Below, one piece after another: positions 1 to 4,485 of a stretch of DNA of 4,485 bases (position 1 is its first letter; every line of letters starts with the position of its first letter). Origin of the DNA: a virus (Duplodnaviria; Heunggongvirae; Uroviricota; Caudoviricetes); IMG/VR virus record IMGVR_UViG_2565956603_000007; one strand, written 5' to 3'. The notes under the pieces were generated by a model, which saw only the letters and a list, made by a program, of their open reading frames with translations, did no database searches and was not told the origin of the DNA. Made by a program: the position numbers and the translations under genes.

Positions 1-624
1 CACATCGATGATTTCGGTGTATGACGACCACAGCGTCTTATTCTGCAGCTGGTCCGTGGTGCTGTCCGCCGTCTCCCTGACCATCCGGATGTTAAAGGGC
101 CGGGGAGGCAGATTATCCAGAATCACCGAGGCCAGGAACTGTGAGGTGGTCTTGCCGTTAATGGTGACGTCCTTTTCTGTCACCCAGTTACCGTTACGCT
201 GTAACTGAATCAGCAGGCGGACGGATGTCGGGTTACGGTCACCCTTTGACGTGGTCTGCACCAGTGACTGCACCCCGAAGGTAACCCGCAGGCGGTCAAT
301 GTTCGCGGACGTAATGGTGCGCGTCACCGGTTTTGCCTTCGTCACTTCCACGCCCAGTCCGGTTTCAGCTCCGGAGGACTCAAAGCCTTCCGGTGGTGTC
401 TGCTCCTGCTCCCCGGCACGCCAGACCGCGGTCACACCGTGTATCACGGGATTACCGTCCGTGTCCGTCAGCGGGGTTTTGTTCACCAGGATACTCTGCA
501 GTCCCTTCACCGGACCTTCTATCGGTCCCTCACCAATCGCATCAATCACACTCATCATCTGCGTGGATTTGAGATTATCCTTCGCCTCGCGCGGTGTGTG
601 CGCCTTACCGCCACCTTTACCCAC
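1..624 (-). CDS. J: Tail tip/host-specificity protein J, N-terminal 208 codons (partial; continues beyond window start). GTG start at 624..622.
   Basis: Hand translation of the minus strand from 624 gives MGKGGGKAHTPREAKDNLKSTQMMSVIDAIGEGPIEGPVKGLQSILVNKTPLTDTDGNPVIHGVTAVWRAGEQEQTPPEGFESSG..., closely matching my recollection of the lambda gpJ N-terminus (MGKGSSKGHTPREAKDNLKSTQLLSVID...). The frame is open with no stop from 624 to position 1 (all plus triplets in phase checked). A purine-rich Shine-Dalgarno (AGGAGAGGGGGAG, plus 628..640) lies immediately upstream. Position directly downstream of I matches lambda order. Confidence 0.88.
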   Translation of the reverse strand, partial: MGKGGGKAHTPREAKDNLKSTQMMSVIDAIGEGPIEGPVKGLQSILVNKTPLTDTDGNPVIHGVTAVWRAGEQEQTPPEGFESSGAETGLGVEVTKAKPVTRTITSANIDRLRVTFGVQSLVQTTSKGDRNPTSVRLLIQLQRNGNWVTEKDVTINGKTTSQFLASVILDNLPPRPFNIRMVRETADSTTDQLQNKTLWSSYTEIIDV

Positions 625-667
625 TCGCTCCCCCTCTCCTGTCTGATGTCTGAATCTGTTTATGCCC

Positions 668-699
668 AAAAAACAACAGGCACCCCGGAGGATGCCTGT
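668..699 (-). terminator. Predicted rho-independent terminator on the minus (tail-gene coding) strand, between I and J
   Basis: Minus-strand read: ACAGGCATCC-TCCG-GGGTGCCTGT (about 10-bp stem including one G-U pair, 4-nt loop) followed by TGTTTTTT. It ends about 44 nt upstream of the J GTG start. Confidence 0.55.
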
Positions 700-736
700 A
701 TCATGACTGAATAAAAATTCTGAATATCTTCACATT

Positions 737-764
737 TTCACAAACTGACTGTGGCGCGTATAAT
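737..764 (+). promoter_or_regulatory. Sigma70-like promoter on the plus strand: -35 TTCACA (737..742), 16-nt spacer, -10 TATAAT (759..764)
   Basis: Perfect consensus -10 hexamer TATAAT and a 5/6 match to TTGACA at 16-nt spacing, inside an AT-rich intergenic island. A second TTCACA copy sits 8 nt upstream (729..734). Predicted transcription start near 771. Confidence 0.45.
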
Positions 765-770
765 TTCTCT

Positions 771-868
771 GCGTTAATTTTTTTGTCGTGACATAAGAAT
801 AATTCCTTACACTTAATCTTCGTAACTCTCCCGCAGTTCCTGTCCGCGATCACTGCGGGATTTTTTTA
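771..868 (+). ncRNA. Candidate small non-coding RNA (about 95 nt) transcribed convergently to the tail genes, from predicted promoter to intrinsic terminator
   Basis: The promoter at 737..764 is followed by an approximately 95-nt segment with no ATG on the plus strand, ending in a strong intrinsic terminator (829..868). No ORF of meaningful size on either strand across 625..874. Confidence 0.3.
829..868 (+). terminator. Predicted rho-independent terminator on the plus strand
   Basis: TCCCGCAGT (829..837) pairs perfectly with ACTGCGGGA (852..860), a 9-bp GC-rich stem with a 14-nt loop, followed by TTTTTTT (861..867) then ATTCTTTTT. The T-tract is on the plus strand only, so it acts for rightward transcription. 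Confidence 0.6.
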
Positions 869-874
869 TTCTTT

Positions 875-1555
875 TTACCCCTGCCGCCCGATAACCACGA
901 CCTTTCCGCCCCCGCCTTCATCACGGGTGCTGATGTCCTGGGATATACGGCGGGAGCCAACCAGCATTTCCCCGTAAGGCACCGGCATCGGGTTCCCCTG
1001 GGCAATCATGTTATCCAGCGAGGAAAAGTACGTGTTCTGTCTGCCGTTATCCGTTGCGCGGTAATCCGGTGTTTTTGCCTTCGGGGCCAGCATCTGGGCC
1101 ACACCGCCCAGTATCATGCTGGCCCCCAGTGAAAACAGCATCGTGGTGGCAGAAAAACCGCCGGCACTCAGGGCTGTACCCCATAACGCCATCGAGGCAC
1201 CGGCAGTGAAGAAAGAGCCCACGATGGCTGCCGCCCCCAGCACAATCTGCAGTCCACCCTTTCCGGCCCCGGCCAGTCGCGGCACAATATGGATGACCGT
1301 TCCCTCACCCAGCTGTTCGTGAAGACGGGCGTACACCGCCTCCGGTGCCGTGTCATCACCGGCAATACGTATCTGGTACCAGCCTTCGTTCATCTGACGG
1401 CGAAAGCCCGGCATCTGCATCGACAGGGCGCGAATGGCTTCCGCTGCCGTGTTCACATACAGGCTGAGGCGGCGGCCAAATCGTTGTAAATCCCCGTAAA
1501 GGCGGATGCGTGCCAGTGGCGGTGACGCCAGACTGAATGCGTTCGTCGTTGCCAT
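875..1555 (-). CDS. I: Tail tip assembly protein I (gpI-like), 226 aa
   Basis: ORF-track protein MATTNAFSLASPPLARIRLYGDLQRFGRRL...; recognisable similarity to lambda gpI as I recall it (RICLYGDLQRFGRR, IHIVPR, LGAAAI.GSFFTAGA, NTYFSSLDNM.AQGN). TAA stop at 877..875. Shine-Dalgarno GGGAGAGG upstream of the ATG at 1555. Overlaps the 3' end of K by 103 nt, as in lambda. Confidence 0.92.
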   Translation of the reverse strand: MATTNAFSLASPPLARIRLYGDLQRFGRRLSLYVNTAAEAIRALSMQMPGFRRQMNEGWYQIRIAGDDTAPEAVYARLHEQLGEGTVIHIVPRLAGAGKGGLQIVLGAAAIVGSFFTAGASMALWGTALSAGGFSATTMLFSLGASMILGGVAQMLAPKAKTPDYRATDNGRQNTYFSSLDNMIAQGNPMPVPYGEMLVGSRRISQDISTRDEGGGGKVVVIGRQG

Positions 1556-2196
1556 TTTTCGGAATACCTCTCCCGTTTACTCAGTTGTTCAGGAATATGG
1601 TGCAGCAGCTCGCCGTCACCACAGTAAACGGCGGCATGATTCGGCACCGATGATCCAAAGCAGCACAGCAGCACATCGCCTGCCTGTGCAGAGGACGGAG
1701 ACACCCGGCAAAAGCCGTTTTCCGCCAGGTTGTCCAGGTACAGGTTCTGGCCGTTGCGCCACCAGTCATCCTCGCGATGAAAATCCGGCATCTCAATCCC
1801 CGCCAGATGGTAAGCATCCCGGAACAGCGTGTAACAGTCCGTCACCCCGTGCTCAAAGCGCCGTCCCGTCAGATGTGGCACACAGCGGAATTTGTGAATG
1901 TCACCCCGGCAGACCAGCCACCAGGGCAGTGCGCTTTTTATCTGCAGCCGCCGGTCAGCCTCGCTCAGCCAGGGCAGCCCACCGGGATGACTGTGGACCA
2001 GTGCCACAATCTCCCCCTGCATCTCTGCCCGCAGCCAGTCTTCCGGTGCGATACGAAAATACGCCTCCGGCTCCGCGGAAATATTCACACAAGGGATATA
2101 CCGCTCCCCCTCCGGCGTGCTTATCACGAAGCCGCACGACTCCGCAGGCGCACACCGCCGGGCATGTGCCAGAATCGCTGATTCAGTCTGTGTCAT
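1453..2196 (-). CDS. K: Tail tip assembly protein K (gpK-like), JAB/MPN + NlpC/P60 two-domain protein; proposed 247-aa form starting at ATG 2196
   Basis: In-frame part of ORF 1453..2457 beginning MTQTESAILAHARRCAPAESCGFVISTPEGERY... JAMM-type motif HSHPGGLPWLSEAD (HxHx7Sx2D) at residues 68-81 (plus 1954..1995). NlpC/P60-like Cys in DCYTLF (C121, plus 1834..1836) with downstream His residues (NHAAVY, ELLHH). The ATG at 2196 is 10 nt after the L stop; no strong Shine-Dalgarno, so the start is less certain than the gene call. Confidence 0.85.
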   Translation of the reverse strand: MTQTESAILAHARRCAPAESCGFVISTPEGERYIPCVNISAEPEAYFRIAPEDWLRAEMQGEIVALVHSHPGGLPWLSEADRRLQIKSALPWWLVCRGDIHKFRCVPHLTGRRFEHGVTDCYTLFRDAYHLAGIEMPDFHREDDWWRNGQNLYLDNLAENGFCRVSPSSAQAGDVLLCCFGSSVPNHAAVYCGDGELLHHIPEQLSKRERYSEKWQRRTHSVWRHRHWHASAFTGIYNDLAAASACM

Positions 2197-2206
2197 AAAC
2201 CGGGAT

Positions 2207-2905
2207 TTACTGCGAAAGTTTATTAATGGAAAGGAAACCGCCAAAATTGCCGACATTCCTGCGCAGTTCACACCCGCGCATGCACTTGCTGCATCTGTCC
2301 TTACGGATATCCGTGGTGGGTTTATCGAACTCATCCGCCACAGCCCCGCCCGTGTAACCACACTCATCAGAGCGGTAGGTCCACATACAGGTGTTCGCCA
2401 GCATGATACGACCGGGAAACAGCGCCCCGTCCGTCTCGGTCGGTGTGGCCAGCACAAACGAGGCCGTCATGGCTGTCAGCTGCGACATCTGCTCCACCAC
2501 CCAGCGGTCACTCAGCTCCTGCTCCGGGTCCGCCTCCGGATTGCCCGCAACGAAATTCACCGCATCCAGAAAACGGGCATACACCCGGCGGCGGACCACC
2601 GTGGCCCCCACCAGACTCTGCAGGTCTTCTGCCATCCCGGTGACCAGACCGAACAGATTGGACACCGTCAGTGACGGGCGGGCACTGCTGCCCTTTCCGT
2701 TCATCTCAAAGTCACTGCCGTCAATCGGGTATGCCTGATACTTACGCCCCTGCCAGGTCACCGGCTCCCCTTTTTCATTCAGCTCATTACAGAAAAAATA
2801 CCGCTCACCGCCCTGTACCGTCAGGTCGATTTCCCAGAGTACCACCCGCGGTGACGGCTCTGATTTAACCGACTCGTTCAGACTTTCTTCGTGAATATCC
2901 TGCAT
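2207..2905 (-). CDS. L: Tail tip protein L (gpL-like), 232 aa
   Basis: ORF-track protein MQDIHEESLNESVKSEPSPRVVLWEIDLTVQGGERYFFCNELNEKGEPVTWQGR... ending ...NVGNFGGFLSINKLSQ, matching lambda gpL as I recall it. TAA stop at 2209..2207. Start ATG 2905..2903 overlaps the M stop by 1 nt (TGATG). Confidence 0.93.
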   Translation of the reverse strand: MQDIHEESLNESVKSEPSPRVVLWEIDLTVQGGERYFFCNELNEKGEPVTWQGRKYQAYPIDGSDFEMNGKGSSARPSLTVSNLFGLVTGMAEDLQSLVGATVVRRRVYARFLDAVNFVAGNPEADPEQELSDRWVVEQMSQLTAMTASFVLATPTETDGALFPGRIMLANTCMWTYRSDECGYTGGAVADEFDKPTTDIRKDRCSKCMRGCELRRNVGNFGGFLSINKLSQ

Positions 2906-3234
2906 CAGTTCACCACCTGCTTAAACTCCGCGCTGAACTCAACGCGCAACATCCCGACCCGCGCAGACCACCCGGCACAGGTCACCTTTATCTGCCGGTA
3001 TGCATAGGGTGGCTTCCACAAAAATGCCTTCCAGCCCCCGTGCTCTGCCAGGAACGCTTCCAGATGCCGGGCCTCCTCCCAGGTCACGGAAAGCGTCACC
3101 CTGTATGTTTTCAGGTCAGCATTCAGCCCTGCCGCCATACGCTGTGAGTACCCGTCACCAAAACGCACTTCACGCACCGATGGCTGCGAGTTCACCTCCA
3201 TATCCGGCTTCACTTTCCAGCGAAAGGTTTTCAT
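2905..3234 (-). CDS. M: Tail tip protein M (gpM-like), 109 aa
   Basis: ORF-track protein MKTFRWKVKPDMEVNSQPSVREVRFGDGYSQRMAAGLNADLKTYRVTLSV...RVGMLRVEFSAEFKQVVN, matching lambda gpM as I recall it. Start ATG overlaps the H stop as ATGA (plus 3231..3234 = tcat). Confidence 0.93.
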   Translation of the reverse strand: MKTFRWKVKPDMEVNSQPSVREVRFGDGYSQRMAAGLNADLKTYRVTLSVTWEEARHLEAFLAEHGGWKAFLWKPPYAYRQIKVTCAGWSARVGMLRVEFSAEFKQVVN

Positions 3235-4485
3235 CGACCGCTCCCTGATAACAGACCGCCATCACGCAACTGCAGCCGGAGTTCATCCTGTGCCCCCTTG
3301 CGGGCCATGTCATACACCGCCTTCATCAGCTGCGACCCCGCCTGTCCGTTGATACCGTCGTTCTGAATCACCACGTGATTGTTCTGATTAAAATTAATGC
3401 CTTCGGCCCGCCGCATCTGCGCCGGACTTCCGGCAGCACCCACATACCCCCCTTCCGCATAGCCCCGCATCAGGCGGTACAGGTTCCCGACACCAATCCG
3501 GCTGGTTGCCTCCTTCGTGAAGACAAACTCCCCGCGGTGGACAATCCCCGCTGGCTCATATTTGCCACCGGTTCCCGTAAATCCCCCGGTCGCGAAATGG
3601 AAGTTCGCCGCCGCAGCCTGAATGGCCGTCCCCGTGGAGGCAGACGCACCACCACCGAAAGCACCGCCAATGGCGCTGCCGATACGCCCGACTATCCCCA
3701 CCATCGCCTGCTTCAGAAAAATCTCTGTCAGCATGGACAGCACGGAACGGGTGAAGCTGCGCCAGTTCTGCTCACTGCCGGTCAGCATCGCCGCCATATT
3801 CTGTGCAATACCATCAAAGGTCTGCGTGGCAGCACTTTTAACCTGCGACATACTGTCCGTGGCACTCTCTTTCCACTCGCTCCAGCCGGACCTGAGGCCT
3901 GCCATCCAGTTCCCGCGAAGCAGGTCTTCAGCCGCCCAGGTCTTTTTCTGCTCTGACATGACGTTATTCAGCGCCAGCGGATTATCGCCATACTGTTCCT
4001 TCAGGCGCTGTTCTGTGGCTTCCCGTTCTGCCTGCCGGTCAGTCAGCCCCCGGCTTTTCGCATCAATGGCGGCCCGTTTTGCCCGTTGCTGCTGTGCGAA
4101 TTTATCCGCCTGCTGCGCCAGCGCGTTCAGGCGCTCCTGATACGTAACCTTGTCGCCAAGTGCAGCCAGCTGGCGTTTGTACTCCAGCGTCTCGTCTTTA
4201 TGCGCCAGCAGGGATTTCTCCTGTGCGGACAGCTGGCGACGTTGTGCCGCCTCCTCCAGTACCGCGAACTGACTTTCCGCCTTCCACAAATCCCGGCGCT
4301 GCTGGCTGATTTTCTCATTTGCTCCGGCATGCTTCTCCAACGTCCGGAGTTCAGCCTGAAGCGTCAGCAGGGCAGCATGAGCACTGTCTTCCTGACGATC
4401 GCCCGCAGACACCTTCACGCCGGACTGTTTCGGCTTTTTCAGCGTCGCTTCATAATCCTTTTTCGCCGCCGCCATCAGCGTGTTG
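3231..4485 (-). CDS. H: Tail tape measure protein H (gpH-like), C-terminal portion of at least 414 codons; 5' end lies beyond the window
   Basis: Long minus-strand ORF open to the window edge (track lists it from an internal Met at 4475). Sits immediately upstream of M with ATGA coupling, as lambda H does. Composition is typical of tape measure proteins: Ala/Gln/Arg/Glu-rich helical region followed by a Gly-rich hydrophobic segment (GSAIGGAFGGGASASTGTAIQAAAANFHFATGGFTGTGG). Confidence 0.85.
   Translation of the reverse strand, partial: NTLMAAAKKDYEATLKKPKQSGVKVSAGDRQEDSAHAALLTLQAELRTLEKHAGANEKISQQRRDLWKAESQFAVLEEAAQRRQLSAQEKSLLAHKDETLEYKRQLAALGDKVTYQERLNALAQQADKFAQQQRAKRAAIDAKSRGLTDRQAEREATEQRLKEQYGDNPLALNNVMSEQKKTWAAEDLLRGNWMAGLRSGWSEWKESATDSMSQVKSAATQTFDGIAQNMAAMLTGSEQNWRSFTRSVLSMLTEIFLKQAMVGIVGRIGSAIGGAFGGGASASTGTAIQAAAANFHFATGGFTGTGGKYEPAGIVHRGEFVFTKEATSRIGVGNLYRLMRGYAEGGYVGAAGSPAQMRRAEGINFNQNNHVVIQNDGINGQAGSQLMKAVYDMARKGAQDELRLQLRDGGLLSGSGR

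Noticed and set aside
687-706. Mini-ORF ATG CCT GTA TCA TGA (MPVS) preceded by GGAGG on the plus strand
   Set aside because: Only 4 codons, and the GGAGG is part of the loop/stem of the minus-strand terminator hairpin. Most likely coincidental, though a tiny leader peptide cannot be formally excluded.
8-714. Plus-strand ORFs 8..208, 251..646, 333..572 and 439..714 from the ORF track
   Set aside because: They lie antisense to the J coding frame, which is open across 1..624 on the minus strand and encodes a clearly recognisable gpJ N-terminus. Their translations are low-complexity (Pro/Ser/Arg-rich), typical of spurious reverse-frame ORFs in GC-rich DNA.
700-828. Possible minus-strand promoter inside the island (for example TTGTGA at 743..738 with a weak -10 GAATTT, or TTACGA at 825..820 with TATTCT)
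   Set aside because: The best candidates have poor -10 hexamers (at most 3-4 of 6 matches) and are much weaker than the plus-strand TTCACA-N16-TATAAT. Not called, so the source of transcripts ending at the minus-strand terminator is unresolved.
1116-2198. Plus-strand and alternative-frame ORFs inside I and K (1116..1322, 1168..1365, 1289..1489, 1506..2198, 1581..1817, 1777..2181, 1955..2155)
   Set aside because: All overlap the I and K frames; products are Arg/Pro/Ala-rich with no recognisable motifs. The 230-aa ORF 1506..2198 is the mirror of K and most likely a by-product of the high GC content.
1453-2457. Full 334-aa ORF-track model for K starting at ATG 2457
   Set aside because: The first 87 codons lie inside L in another frame and give a Cys/Arg/Trp-rich low-complexity peptide (MCWPHRPRRTGRCFPVVSCW...). 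The conserved K sequence begins at MTQTES (ATG 2196), just after the L stop.
2117-2868. Plus-strand ORFs 2117..2674, 2391..2738, 2443..2643 and 2671..2868 antisense to L
   Set aside because: Antisense to a well-supported gene (L); low-complexity Pro/Arg/His-rich translations; no ribosome-binding sites noted.
3000-4330. ORFs 3000..3248, 3375..3956, 3622..4140 (plus) and 3470..3670, 4127..4330 (minus, off-frame) within M and H
   Set aside because: They overlap the M and H reading frames, which have clear homology and coupled start/stop junctions; translations are low complexity. Judged spurious.
1-4485. Scan for Chi sites (GCTGGTGG or complement), CRISPR repeats, tRNA-like structures, and insertion-sequence inverted repeats
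   Set aside because: By-eye scanning found no exact Chi octamer, no regularly spaced direct repeats, and no transposase-like ORF. This was not an exhaustive computational search.

Overview
This 4,485-bp window is almost entirely a lambda-like (lambdoid siphovirus) tail-tip assembly module, all on the minus strand in the canonical order H (tape measure, C-terminal part, runs off the right edge) - M - L - K - I - J (N-terminal 208 codons, runs off the left edge). Gene junctions show tight translational coupling: H/M overlap as ATGA, M/L as TGATG, and K/I share a 103-nt out-of-frame overlap. The ORF track missed J because it starts with GTG and has no in-window stop; I found it by translating the minus strand by hand (MGKGGGKAHTPREAKDNLKSTQMMSVIDAIGEGPIEGP...). 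The one part not explained by tail genes is a ~250-bp AT-rich non-coding island between the I stop (875) and the J start (624). It carries a near-consensus sigma70-like promoter and an intrinsic terminator on the plus strand, bracketing a ~95-nt ATG-free transcript (candidate antisense-oriented small RNA), plus a second intrinsic terminator on the minus strand just upstream of the J ribosome-binding site. Other points of interest are the K start site (only the long 247-aa form contains a full JAB/MPN motif), the ubiquitin-like/Gly-Gly architecture of I, and the C-terminal cysteine cluster of L. All homology statements rest on recalled lambda protein sequences and annotation, not on a database search. 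No CRISPR array, tRNA/rRNA or transposase is visible.
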